Below are positions 24,780 to 37,265 of a DNA stretch of 64,000 nucleotides, one piece after another. The stretch is from Rhodosorus marinus CCMP1338 (lineage: Eukaryota > Plantae > Rhodophyta), in NCBI GenBank assembly GCA_029953675.1, contig JAMWBK010000008.1:372001-436000 (forward strand), in the 5' to 3' direction. Numbering within the stretch: position 1 is the stretch's first letter; every line of letters starts with the position of its first letter. The position numbers were made by a program, and so were the translations under genes. The notes beneath the pieces are model-generated. The model was given only the letters and a program-made list of their open reading frames with translations, was not told the DNA's origin and did not search any database.

Positions 24780-25400
24780 CTCACAAGCACTACTCTCTAA
24801 TAAAACTTTAAAAGTCCGATTTATACTAAAAACTCCCGAGCCCGACTAAGTTCACTCATGCTGGTGTCAGCTCCAAGCAGCTTGGCGACCTCAGCAGCAG
24901 TACATTTTGTACTACTGTCAGATAAGATAAAGCGCTTCCAGTCGCCCAGACCAGCCAAAAAAATTTGTTAGCCACTCATTCCACCATCCCGCGGAAGAAA
25001 CCAACCACGGAGAGACATTGGGATCAACAAATCGAGAGCAACATAAAGGCCAAAAAATATGCCTTTTCATCAGCACTACTCTCTAATGAATGAAGTTGCT
25101 TAATCGGAGGCTGAAAGAAAAAACCCGAGGCAAAAACAAAGACTGAAGGGCGCGAAGATCGCCCGCCTCAAACAGCAAAGCACCGTTCATACGCGCCACA
25201 GCAAGAAACTTATCTCAAACGGGTAAACAACGAGGGCAGACGGTCAGGGCCTCGGAACATTTCCCGAAGCCACACGAGAACCAACGGAATCCAGAAACCC
25301 AAAGCATTCAATGACCAGAAGTACCTGGCGATGAGCTAGAGCCGCAGCACGAATCCCTGGGGGAAGACAAAACATCCCGCATTTTTCAACTCTCTAATAG
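24780..25400 (+). repeat. Cluster of repeated AGCACTACTCTCTAAT motifs, possibly 3' ends of a second retroelement family
   Basis: Motif at ~24785 and ~25075, partial at ~25390. TGGGGGAAGACAAAACA at ~25358 also occurs at ~35302. Confidence 0.35.
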
Positions 25401-25403
25401 TGC

Positions 25404-25700
25404 TTATGAGAAAAACATTCCGCTGGGGTTCTCGTTAGCCTCTGGGGCTGTTCGGCAACCACCCTGACCTTCTGTCCTCTTGTTGTTTACCCGTTTTAAG
25501 TTTCTTGCTGTGCAATTTCGCGATGGCGAGCTCGATGAACGCTGCTTCGATGTTGTATGAACACTACTTTGATGTAGGTGGCGCATCATCTTCGCCGCGC
25601 ATAGCCATTTTTTGTCCGCTCGGTCGTTTTTTCTTTCAGTCTCCACACAACAAATTCGTTCGCTCTCTAGCAATAAAAGCCTTACAAGTTCAATTTATAA
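25404..25700 (+). mobile_element. 3'-end fragment of CRE-like non-LTR retrotransposon
   Basis: Colinear with 48965-49190 (ttgtttaccc..ttaagtttcttgctgtg..atgaacgctgct..gatg..ggcgca..atcttcgccgcgc..ttttttctttcagtctcc), with an internal duplication of the atgaac.ct.cttygatg unit. Confidence 0.8.
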
Positions 25701-25899
25701 TAAAAACTACATTGCCCGATGAAGTTCGCCCATTTCGATGGCAGCGGTCAGGCAAAGCGAACTTCACAAATTTTTCTTAAAATGTTTATATAGCTCAATC
25801 ATTATTTGTATCCAATATGCCAACTTATTCAGTAATTATATTGATAGTAATATTACCTGATCACGCATTTCCAACTTAAAAAGAGTGAAACGTCTCTAG

Positions 25900-26196
25900 A
25901 GTTGGGCGGCCATAGTGGGAGGGACAAGGACGCTTTCCGAGATAGTATGATCTAAAATAGAACGTTTCTCAGGAAGGACTCATCTTGGCAGAGCTTCGCA
26001 AGCACACGACTGTGAGGGATCCTTGACTTCCTCCTCACGGTGGATCGTATCTGAGTTGGGCCCTGCCGCAGTGGGGTAGACCAGAACGCTTTCCGAGGTA
26101 GTCTGATTTTAAAAAAGCAGTCTCTCAGGAAGCACTTATTTGGCAGAGCTTCGCAAGCTCCCGCTTACGAGGAATTCTTGACAGCCTTCTCACGGA
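25900..26196 (-). repeat. ~156-bp diverged tandem duplication, looks like a decayed 52-codon coding repeat
   Basis: cgctttccgag at 25931 and 26087, ttggcagagcttcgcaagc at 25985 and 26140, ctcacgg at 26034 and 26190. The minus strand gives VRR.SRIP..R.LAKLCQ...FLR twice, with stops and a frameshift. Confidence 0.75.
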
Positions 26197-26846
26197 GTTG
26201 TCCTTGATACTCCGGCTCCGCGCGCAAACGCTGGTTTGCAACAACAGTTGGATGAGCTCGTCATCAACGTCTCCCTTTACGCTCCTGATGGTAGATGGAA
26301 GTCCTTGCTCTGCGGTTCCGTTGTCTGATCTTCCTCAATTTTATCTCGGACTTCATACATCAGTCCCTAAAGCTACTCTAAACTGCTACGCTTTTCAAAC
26401 CTGAGAGCATGCCTAGAAGGAAAACCTGCACGCCATTGACTTCGCACAAGTTTTTGAAACATTTCGAGCAGTATCCTGCGATTGATTAATTGCTGGTTTG
26501 GTTAAATTTTGCTAAAGGCCCCTCGGTGGACTCCAGGATTTGCTCATTTTGGCACGATAGTAAGAGAATGTCATCTTCAAAGTCCTCCAAGTCGATCTTT
26601 CCCGAAGAAGGTTCTGGGCGATCGGACGATTGAGGAACCATGGTTTGACTCATCAGCGAACGATTCATCAGTTCTGAAAGAGACGAAAATTGCTGTGGCC
26701 GACGACTGGCCAAGTATGGTGGTCATCGAGCGTGCATGTGGACTATGGATGCATCCGTTTCAGAATATGGTCTTTACATTTTATGCTATGTTTCTACAGC
26801 CGAAGTTATCGGATAGTTATATCAATGGTTTGTACAGCAAGCATCT

Positions 26847-27200
26847 CTATGCATAAGAAACTCCAATCAAATCTCCGCACTTCGGACATGAGTGCGCAAC
26901 TTCAGAACTGCAGTTGGCGCAGCTCTTGGAGAAGATGCAGCACGCGGCGCATGGAGCAAAAAATGCACACGCGATTCCCATGTACATCCAGTTTAGGCCT
27001 GTGCATGTTTCAACGTTGGTCTCCGTCTCAACCAGATTCTCACATTTCGGACAAGTCAATTGCCGGGGCTTCTTTCCAAGATCCCTAGGCACAAACACGA
27101 CTCTCCCAGTGCTCATCGGAGTTGTACCCGCCATGTTGTAGTTCTTGCCAGTAGTGCTGTAGTTGTAGTTCCTACCAGTAGTGCTGTAGTTGTAGCTCAT
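26847..27200 (-). CDS. LITAF-domain protein, paralog 2 (no coding intron)
   Basis: DLGKKPRQLTCPKCENLVET..LNWMYMG..APCAACCIF..VAHSCPKCGDLIG. N-terminal YNYSTTG repeat. Confidence 0.9.
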   Translation of the reverse strand: MSYNYSTTGRNYNYSTTGKNYNMAGTTPMSTGRVVFVPRDLGKKPRQLTCPKCENLVETETNVETCTGLNWMYMGIACAFFAPCAACCIFSKSCANCSSEVAHSCPKCGDLIGVSYA

Positions 27201-28879
27201 GGTGCTTCTCGACGTCGTTTGCGCGTCCCTTTCAAAATGTTAGAAATCTTCTTCCTCGTCCTCCGAACGCTTTCGGTTCTTTCTCAGGTAACCGCGAGCG
27301 GACCAACATGTATATACATATATGCACATGTAGGTCCATTCCCTCGGGGACTGACTATGGCTGTGTCAGGCCCACGAACCTCCCTCGAAGATTTCATTTT
27401 CCCAATAGCCCTTCTTTCCATCCTCAAGAAGTCTATTGACCGGGTGTTCAGAGCTTTCCCAACCCCGCGGACCTGCTACGGTTGAGAGTGGATCTCTGTC
27501 GGGCTCGAATGGATGTTCTCTGTTGGACTCGACAGACAAACACAGCATATTTTGGCCAGCTCAATATGGAAAGAGGCGACGTTTTTCAAACTAATTCAAT
27601 CTCTTGGTTTCAATTCAACACTCTAACACAATTGCAACCCCGCTCCCCCTCTTTTCTACACGAGAAATACTTACCGGGCGAGGGAGGGCACCGGTGCCAC
27701 CCCTCCTACCAGTTTCTAATTTCCGTAATTAGCTCTCGGCCATTTTCAGTATTCCAAATCACAAACCCGATTGGCTGATAGTATCAATATTTTGAAAATA
27801 TAATCGAAGGCTTGTCGGCATGCCGTTTTCGCTCAGTTCAATCATTATTTCATATTGAATACTTATAATTAATGAAAACTTTTCGGGATGTTCGAAGAGT
27901 AAGTCAATATATTGAATTGTACTAATAATTAGATGTTGACTAATACATATGACAATTGTACTAATAATTCATGGTTGACATTTTGTTGTACTTTGAGGAA
28001 AGAGATGTTTTAATGACTCTAAGAATAGGCCCAGCGCGCCAGCTGTTTGAGGGAAACTGTTGTGCACGTAGTAAACACCAGAGTCTTGGGACTCGAGAGA
28101 GTTGTAAGTCGTAAAGATTGTGTGAACGTTTGGTATTTCGGAGTGAACATCATCATCATTATTATCATGATGAGTTTATTCACTGAACACCATAACCGCG
28201 AGAGGCATGTTTATATATATACTATATACAAGTACGGATAAAGCCAGGGATGCTCCAGTTCATACGCTGTGTTGTCTCCTGACAGCGATTGCCCGTATCG
28301 GACGAACTGAAGTGGTATCGGGAGCTAGGATGCATTGGCGGCCTGCGGCTCGCTTCCCTGCTCTGTGCTCCCGTCAACCTCAGCCTGGTCCAGTGCCGTT
28401 CGATCCGTTCATGCTCCAGCTCATAGGAATTGGAGTATTACTGGCTTTGTTCGCACGTCTCTACCTTTCTGTAGGAATATCCCACAGTATCGAAGCTCGT
28501 CCCTCAGCGCGTTTCCTATGTCGCCAGTCGCGAGGTAAATTCCAGGGCCGCATCTCGGTGAATGGTTGCTATATACAATCGTGGTCAGTCAAGTCTGCTA
28601 GAACTATTGTCGTCTCAAGGACATTTGCAAACTTGAAGCTTTCCTCGTACGCTCAGCTCCAGCCTGCTATTTTAGTGTTCCTTTAACTAGATCATGGGCT
28701 AGCTTCAACTTAGTGCTGCATTTCCCGGCCTCCGAGGGCATAATATCTTTCTCCATAAAGCGATCATGGTCATACATTTGTGGCAACAGTAAAAATACGG
28801 CACACGACGTAGCAAGAACTGCTCTGCCTGGAGGCTGGAAAGAGGCACTGGTTTCATACTGACTGTCTAGGTCTCGGCT

Positions 28880-29570
28880 ACGGATTCTGCCGGACATAAG
28901 TGATGCTCAGCGCTGGGTAGACCACGTCTTGTTAGTAAGGATCATAAACCGGAAACTGTGCCTGCGAGCCAAAGAGTTATTCAACCAACTCGGCCCGAAT
29001 TGGCAAGCAGAAGGAGATATAATGCGCTGTCTGATACGATCAACGAAGTCACTAAAGTCAGATAGCTGCGGGGCGAGCCTTAGGTTCTACTTGGGGGTTA
29101 ATCAACCTGCCTGGTCAGGGCACCTCTCTTCTCGGAGTCAATACTGCTCGTGTGCGATTGAAACAGGCGCTATCGCGGGCCACCTACTGGGGCTGTAGCA
29201 CGGTGAGGGGTACTCGCACTCGGTGTTACACGTGGATAGACCGTCTTCTCTTCAAGAATCTGCGACCACGGCTGCGTGCAGGGGGGCATCACATCGAGGA
29301 GGAACAACCCATCCCGGTTGCAGCGTGCGTCAGTGCGAATCCGGCCCATGAGGAGTGTAGGGTACGGGCGCGTAGAATTTCGGCTCTCCTCATCGAGGAT
29401 GCCAACGGGCTGAGGAACACGTATGTGGACCTAACGCTCCCTTGTCCCCTCGTGTTCCAGTGCTTGCCTCAGCGCCCCCGTCGGAGGGGCGTCGCTGCGA
29501 ATACTATGCGGAGGCATAAGGAGTTAGTGTACACGGAGGCGCTAACCAACGTTGAGGCTTTGGTGTAAAC
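28880..29570 (+). mobile_element. CRE-like non-LTR retrotransposon 3' half (Zn knuckle plus REL endonuclease), decayed
   Basis: LRFYLG..YCSCAIETGAIAGHLLG(C) [frameshift] ..ARRISALLIEDANGLRNTYVDLTLPCP..RRGVAANTMRRHKELVY. Homologous to 48500-48900. Confidence 0.78.
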
Positions 29571-29689
29571 CAACAAATCCGTTGACGTTTGAGCATAACG
29601 CCATCAGCACGGTTTTAGCGAAAGGAATCAAAGACCCGCCGATTGTTGATAAGACCTTCGTTTTCCGAAGGGATTGGACTTCGAATGTT

Positions 29690-29850
29690 CAGCGATACCG
29701 GTCGGACAAAACCTCAGGCATTCAATCAACGCTAGTCTAGCAATCAATCATCTTGTGCACTGATACTGAATAATGGTTACTTTTCGCCACGACAAGCTGT
29801 CACTCTCGTGCATTGAATTAGGATTACTTCTGATCTACATAGATGGCAAG
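29690..29850 (+). mobile_element. Subterminal fragment of the hAT-like family
   Basis: attcaatcaacgctagtctagcaatcaatcatct..gattacttct matches 22083-22200. Confidence 0.55.
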
Positions 29851-30303
29851 GGTAAAACGATCTAATTATTACTTAATTTCAGGAGAACTAGACTTCTATC
29901 AGTCTAAAACATGACAACCTTGCTCTTAGACTAACTCTGATAGAATATCAGACGTTTTAACTGACAACAAATCAGACAAGGTTCTTAGAAGTATTTCAAC
30001 CACGTAGCACAAAATTTCCACTTTTAGTCCTTTCAGCCGACGTGAAGTGCGAAAACAACAATTTATTGGACGATTTATGACATCCCAATGAAGAAGGAAC
30101 TTGAGCTGGATAAAATAAAGAGAAATAAAAACTCTTAGCCAATGAACAAAAGGAAGCCAGTGTAAGCACCGTATACTGTGGCAGGGGATGCTCAACGATA
30201 ACCAACCATATTAATCGAGAGGGTCCTGTTAGGGGTAGTAGGTCGATGTTATCCTGTACGCGGTTCGTGTAGACGGGTCATCTTGTTGTCCGGTCTAGAT
30301 GAG

Positions 30304-31518
30304 ATGGAGGAGGTTGCGGAAGTCTTCAGCCGCGTCGAGGAGCTGTATGATGAAGACAAGATATTCCAAGCTGGAAGGTTGTTGGAAGGAGTGATTAGCA
30401 ATGGCGGTGAATCAGCTCTGGAACGGGTTAGACAGCACCCGAGGATGTCGAAGATTAGGCAGAGCTGCAAGGATGCGACTGACATGATGGCCACGATGAA
30501 AAAACTTGATGATTGGGTGATATGTTACAACGGAAAGCAAACTAAAGTCTGGTATAAAGCCGAGACGGGCACAAAGTATAAGAGCCTTCGTTCTGAGGCG
30601 GTGCTCAGAGCCGATGTAAGGAAGCTCGACTGTTTCAATATCAGAATTGCGTTTTACCAGCTAACCTGGAAATCAACTGCATCTCTCCATCTCTACGTGG
30701 TTGCTAGATGATTAGTTTGCTCAGTATCATTTACGAAACAGACTTGCATCCGGACCTGTTTCCGTTCATTTCTGAATCAGAGCTGCTTCTACAACCTGCT
30801 CGGGCTAAGAAAATCATTAGACTTAGCATTCAAGCTCCATGGCCGCTCAAGGCTAGGGAGACTGCTCTGTTCGGGTAAGAGCTCCACGGGAAACCTGAAC
30901 ATCGTGATACCTGATTGCGTGACTTACCTCATCCTCGTTCAAAAACAAAAACCACATCAGGTATGCCGTAGATGGACTTGATGAAGATAACTGCTATTTC
31001 GTGTACTTTCGAGAAGTTGTTCCGGAGCAAGATGATTGTACGCCTCCTGCGGTCCCCAAAGATCGAGTGAAAATGACCGTTCGAAGAGCTGCCATTTGCT
31101 TTGAACCAGTCTCCCCGACGAGAACTAAAGTCACTACCATCGCAAATATGGATCCTGCTATCAGCTTCCTAACACCCGCCATGCTGAATTGGTTGTCGAG
31201 GTAACGACAGCAGCCCCAGGCCGTTTTCTGCGGATGAACATCAGACAACACTTGGAGCGCTAACGGGATTTTTTTCTCTATCTTGACTGGTACAATAACC
31301 GCAGAGCAATATTTAGACTTGCTCTCAGAGTCTTTGAGTCGAAAGCGCAGTCGATTGATCGGCTGCCTCATGCCAGTCGGCTTGAAAGCGGCGCGATCTA
31401 CGTGCACCTTCGTGAAAGACTGCATGCGTTTGATCAAGCAACGTGGGCTAGTCATTCAAGACTGTGCGATGAGATGGATGCTGCACGAAGCAACCGAAGT
31501 TCAGTGTCGATTATGTAA
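30304..31518 (+). CDS. START/SRPBCC-like domain protein, paralog 2 (4 exons)
   Basis: YDEDKIFQAG, WVICYNGKQTKVWYK, SIIYETDLHPDLFPF, LPWPLKARE, YAVDGLDED, IANMDPAISFLTPAMLNWLSR-AIFRLALRVFESKA. Shares three intron positions with paralog 1. Confidence 0.78.
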
Positions 31519-34011
31519 AACAAATTCGCTTGGTCGATGGGTTGGATCCCGTCTTCGAGCCCGGCGCAATTGTGTGGGCAAGCTGCCACTTATGAAAGCT
31601 TGTGCAACCAAAGGTCTGCAGATGAGAGACCTGCCTGTGAGGACTATTGAATAGCCGTACTGAAACTAGCTGCTTTTCGGGAAAGCTCGATACAAGATTT
31701 CCGATGGGAGGGGCAGCCTAACCAGCCAAACGCACCAATAACCAGCGTCCTGGCCTTCAGGGCCTTGGTGATAACGGGATGAAGGACTCTCAATGATTGA
31801 CAGAGAAGAGGGGCAGCCACCCAGTAGCACCGTTGAAACAGTTCCCAAGAGCACACTATGTCGAACTGCTCTCCGAGCCTGTTTCGATTGGCTGGATCTC
31901 CTGTTTCACCCTCATAAGTCAATTAAATTCATTTGTACATTGTTATAGGCCATTTACAGACTTTTCCACTCATCGTACTTGCAGGCGGTCTATCCCCTCT
32001 ACAACAACTCCGCTCTCCCCCAAAGAGAAACATTGCCTTGCTCACATCCTGGGTCTCTCAATTCCCAAACCTATGTGGTTCGCGCAGGGCCACCACTCTG
32101 CGCCACACAAAACGAAAGAAAACCAGTACATCAACCAGAAAAAGAAAAGGAGAAGGGGGACAATCGCGGTTTCGAAGTGTTACAGTCCTTCCCCTTGCCG
32201 CACTCCTAACGCTCGACGATGCCACAGCCCAGGCTGACCGTGTGCCCGAGATCGAAAAATCAATCAACATAAACTTCAGTCAATGAGAAAAAATTAGTCA
32301 AAACCCCCACCCCTCACAATCCTCTTCCTAATTCCTTCGCGCTCTAGAAATTCAGAACCACGTCTCAGAAACTAAATAAATCAAGGAATGGAGAAAGGTA
32401 AGTGTCAACGCTTACCCCCTCTATATTGTTCGACTATTTGTTGAAATGATTTTGTGCGGGAAAACCCCTCTGGTGCACGCGCGCTGCTTCGTTTGGAAGG
32501 CTGTTTTTTTTATTTTCTTGATAGGCTTGAAAAAAGGATCTTCTACAGGGCCTCCTGGTAAGAAATTTTTGGGAGCATCTCCTAATCATGAGCTTCGGAA
32601 GATCTTTATTAAGAAAATGTCTTCTTCTATCAACCCTTGTTCATGTTTTGTTCAAAATATAGAAAGTTTAGGAATATTTAATCCATGTTGTCACCCTGCG
32701 CAGTGAGAGCTTGCGCACAACCGTGGATACCTCGAAACCTCTCCCCCCCCAACCTCCAACCCGTGTTCGAATCTTACTGGAAATATTCAAGGGGTTGTTA
32801 GTCCATTATTTTCACAAGAAATACTGAAATAAATTACCAAAACACCGTAAGAAGGTGAAAAAGCGAAAGGGGGAAAACAAACCACGCAATCGAGTAATGA
32901 TATCAAAAACAAAGGGGAGCTACCAAGACCCAACCGAAAACCTAATTTTCCTAACATTTTTTGAAATTCTAAGCCCCTATATTCCAAAAACAATAAACAA
33001 ACCGGAGGCAACCTTTCTTCAGAAGACACGATACGATACCATACACAACCCCCCTCGCCCACATCAAAGATATCCCAAAACATACAAGAAAATACCACTA
33101 AAAACGATTTCATGAGAATGTACAGTTTAAACATAACCCCCCCCTCAAAGCCGATATATCAGTCATTATAGAGATAATCAATCAAGTTCCCTGATTTCAA
33201 GGTTTTTTTGAGGGGTTTCTATGGCCGGTGGTGGAATTTTTTTTTTATTTTGCGGGGGGTGAGTGGGGCGCGGGGGGGGGGGGGTTTTACAAGATTGTTT
33301 TACAATAGTACGCTTTGTTTGATAGCAAGATAGGAAGAGTTTTCCGTGTCTAAGGGGGAAAAGTGAAGGGGTGAGGAGAGTGGGATTTGGAGAGCGGAGC
33401 TTGGGGGGAAGAAGAAGGGAAAGGGAGGGAGAGAGACGGTTGGTTGTGAGGGTCAAATGAAGATAGGGAATGCTGTTGTTGTCCTTTTTGGAGGGGTTTC
33501 AGGCGAGTATCTGTGTTGGATGAGTGGAAGACTGGAATTTAGATAGGGAAAAGGTTTTACATTTGGATGATTGGATTTAGAGAGCGGGAGGTTTGGGTCA
33601 GCAACTGGAGAATTTTTGTTGGGTTGTAGATTGGATTTGTCGCTGGGAAGGAGGAATCCTGGCTAGGTGTCTGCCGAAGTATTGGGGACCTGGTCTGTGG
33701 TTAGTTTGTTTATTTGGAGGGGAGTGTCGATGGAGAGCTATTGCCTCTGAGATTGTGGAGGTGTATTGTGGGGGTTGTTGAGCGTTTGGGGAGGGGGTTG
33801 CGTTTTTGTGGTTGGTAGTTTCTGAGTTGTAGCGATGGAAGCGACGGCTTTGGGTGGGTGCGATGCTAATTCTTCTTTTTGTTGTTTGCGTTGTTTTGTT
33901 TGCGGCGTGCTGCGGATGAGGTGCTGATGGCGATTGAACTAACATCTTCGCTTTTGTGTTTTGGTTTCAGGTTCTGAAGGTCCGGAAGAAGGATTTGGAC
34001 ATCGAAGAGAC

Positions 34012-34983
34012 ATGGCGGCGCTGAGTGGGCAGGATGAGGTACAAGCTGCGACAATGTTGTTGCTGGGATTGAAACAGTACGCCCTGAAAACAGAGGATGA
34101 GGATTTCTTTTCGGCTGCGGGAAGCGTTGAGACAACAGCCGATGAGCAATTTCCTCTGGTGCCGAAAATGGAGACGGAATCAGTAGGCAACGAGATGGAG
34201 GAATCGGAGCTTGTAGAGGAAGCTTCTTACGGCTTACAGAAGCGAAATTCTACGGGCAACTCTTCTTCCTCAAAGAAGAAACAGAGAAGAGCCTACAGCG
34301 ATGGTAGTTCTACGACAAGAAGAAAGTCTAAAAGGTACGTACTTGCCACACAAAGGCTCAAAGACACCGTGCGCGTTTGGTGAACTGACGTTCGCCGTTC
34401 CTCCTCGTGAAACTCCAATAGCAATTGTTCGAAGGATGACTCGGAGACTGGGTTGGAACCTGACACCAACGTTGCATGTAAGGTGAGGGACGCCGAGTCC
34501 GGCGACTCCCAGTGGATTTTGGGAAGGGTATTGCAATACTTCCCAGAGAGCAGAAAATACGAGGTTCTTGACGTAGGCGATTCTGATGAAGTCGCTCAGC
34601 AGAGGAAACCCAGCAGAAGACCAAGGTGCGTAGTCTTGTGGAAAATTCGGGACAAACTTTGACGGCTCACAGGTCATGTGGGTTTGTACTGAGAAAGCGC
34701 TCTGTTACTGCTTTCAAACTGTTCCTCCAGATGCTACAAACTGTCTAGAAACAGGATTCGGGTGTTGCCGTCGGAGCCTAGGATTGACCTTGCGAAACGC
34801 GCTCGAACCTTGGCAGTCTATCCCAACACGACGGTTTTCTATCCGGCAACTGTCCATCTTTCCGCAATGACCCGGGAGGATCGAGAATACACTCTTGAGT
34901 TTGATGATGAAGAGGAACAGGGGGATCTTCGATGGAAGAGAGTACCTGCCTACCATGTACTGCCTATAGATGAGGCCTTGTAA
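34012..34983 (+). CDS. SGF29: SAGA-associated factor 29 (tandem Tudor, H3K4me reader); possible upstream exon near 33834
   Basis: VACKV..QWILGRVLQY..KYEVLDVGD and VLAVYPNTTVFYPATV..YTLEFDDEEE..VPAYHVL motifs. Introns starting ~34335 and ~34626. Confidence 0.88.
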
Positions 34984-36956
34984 CAGACTCCACAACGTGT
35001 GCTGTCATCGAGTGTGAATATGGAAACAATGCACCATCAAACCAAGTGTAATTTAATGTGTACGACACACCCGGAGAGTTCCGCTGACGAGAAACAAAGC
35101 TGTGCCCGAACCTGTCCCAATGTTGAATTCTGAGAATCAGAAGAGGAGCACATCATAGAAGACAATCCAAGCGAGAAAGAGAAAACGAACTGAAGGTAGG
35201 GAGAGAGTCCGGACTAATCCTTATCGAACCCGTTTATTAACAAATAATCGTTCTTGGGACTTTCTTATGTGCGAAGGAACTCTAGGCTCACCAGGGCGCT
35301 TTTGGGGGAAGACAAAACACGTCTCCTCCCGGCAGAAAAGCCCACGCGCTGCTCTACAAAGCTCTGTAATTATTCTGAAGACCTACGTGAAGCTACTCGA
35401 TATCACAGATCGCTGGATTCGAAGGACGTCAACAACAAAAATACCCTTTCAAGAAGACAGAAACCAATGAACAAGAAACACAACGGCCGAACTGCAAGCC
35501 ACTACTCAGATGGGAGGATACAGAAATACGGGAAGGGTAAGCCTGCTTTCAAATCAGCTTCTTCTCCTTCTCGAATCACGGCGCTTTGAATCCAGCATTC
35601 GCTAATCGTCCTGTTGCAATCTCCAGGCAGATGCACTAGGTCTTTCATAACCAGGGAGGGATTTCAGAAACCCCTCTGCGCTCAGAACCTCGTCAAACAG
35701 CTGTTTCTAAAACTCTGTAATTATTTTTACCATATTTCAATGTTTCCCTCAAGATTATAGAACAATAAAGGATCGATTATTTCTTAATTACGTAGTACCG
35801 AATGTAATCTAGGAATATAAGGGTTGTCGTATCCTTTTTGAAAATATTTAACTGTATCTAGGAGCTTAATCCCTAAACAATGCCGATCAGAAACGCGAGA
35901 GGACTCTCAGATTGAAGAGGAGACTCTTGGCTTTTGATGCTTGAGGTACTTCGTAGACGAGCGAAATTACAAAGTAGCTCAGGCTCAAGAGGATGTATTA
36001 GAAAAGCTGGAGTAGTGCCCAGCTAGGTTCTTGCTGACAGTGTTCCAGAGGAAGGATTCACCGATCGGACCGGATCGTGAGCAGATCTGCAAGAATGAAA
36101 AAAAAAGAAGACAGTCGCCAGTAGCCCCTTGAGTGAGACCTGCGAAGCTGCAATGTGGATGACGATCACGCTGGAGCAACGAGATACTGCCCAACTATGC
36201 TACATCTACACCGGGACCTTAGATATCTAAACTCTGGCAATCGAACTCTGCCCGTAGCTTCGAGCTCCAGAGACATTCAACAAACCTCCTTTCCAACGTT
36301 AACCCCAGCAATAATCTTCCCTCTACAGACTATTGAAGACTCAATGACGATCACGCCGGACCGCCGTATCCGGCGGTGGCGTGGGCAGATAGATCATTGA
36401 GCTCAAAACTTGACGGCGCGTAACGTCAGTTTCCGATTCAAGTGGATGACTTGAAATGCCCAAGTTGGATGCAAAGAAGAGACGAAGGCGTCACCATGCA
36501 ATGACTTTCTTGCTGAGCGGGTTTTACAGGTGGCAAATACATGTTCGTAGTCCACGATACAACGCGATTTGAACGGTTTTGGAAGTGCTCGGCGGTCCAA
36601 GGGCAGAAACGCGCAGCTTTCCGCGGAAGCTGATATGAGTGGGGAGCTCTGGGGACTAGAGCTGGGTGGTTTGATCCTCCGGAAGGTCCGATGAATGAAA
36701 TCGAGGCGAAGTTGTGCGCTGATGAGAATAGGAATCCGTAAGATAAGATCTTGGCAATTTTCTTATCTCTGTTGCGTTGCGGGCGTAGGATGACCTTCAC
36801 ACTATCTGTCAATCCACTGAAAAACCACGGATGATTGAGAATTGTGTATATTTAACCTCTAAGAAGCACTGATGCCTTACACAAGATGACCTGTTGTACA
36901 TTGCTTAAAGGCTCAGCTGTTGCTGATCACTACGCTCATGTTCGTCCTCCAGGTCG

Positions 36957-37265
36957 AGTACTTCGAAAGTCGGAGTTGAATAGGTGGATATAGCGAAAGA
37001 GATTTGATATTTAAAAGCAAGAAAGCGAACGAGTACACTTGCATGGCATGCTTAGTGCCTTAAGGTCGAATTCTTCGAATGTTGGAGTTAGTACTTCGAA
37101 CGTCGGGGTTGAATAGTTGGATATAGCGAAAGAGATTGATATTTAAAAGCAAGAAAGCGAACGAGTACACCAGCATAGCATGCTTAAGGCCTTAAGGTCG
37201 AATTCTTCGAATGTTGAAGTTGAATAGTTGGATGCAGCGAAAGAGATTTGATATTTAAGCAAGAG
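36957..37265. repeat. Tandem array of ~133-bp units (about 2.5 copies)
   Basis: agtacttcgaa at 36957 and 37090; ccttaaggtcgaattcttcgaatgttg at 37058 and 37190; third partial unit from ~37220. Confidence 0.92.

Noticed and set aside
27668-27710. ATACTTACC followed by a GC hairpin, resembling the 5' end of U1 snRNA
   Set aside because: No GAUCA loop, AUUGCAC loop or Sm site follows. On the minus strand it reads GGTAAGTAT, better explained as a 5' UTR splice donor of the LITAF-2 gene.
31640-32270. Possible small minus-strand spliced gene
   Set aside because: Promoter-like context exists, but no coherent reading frame or family motif was found.
36400-36830. Possible Harbinger DDE transposase remnant (DKILAIFLSLLRCG)
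   Set aside because: Single weak motif, multiple stops, no TIRs.
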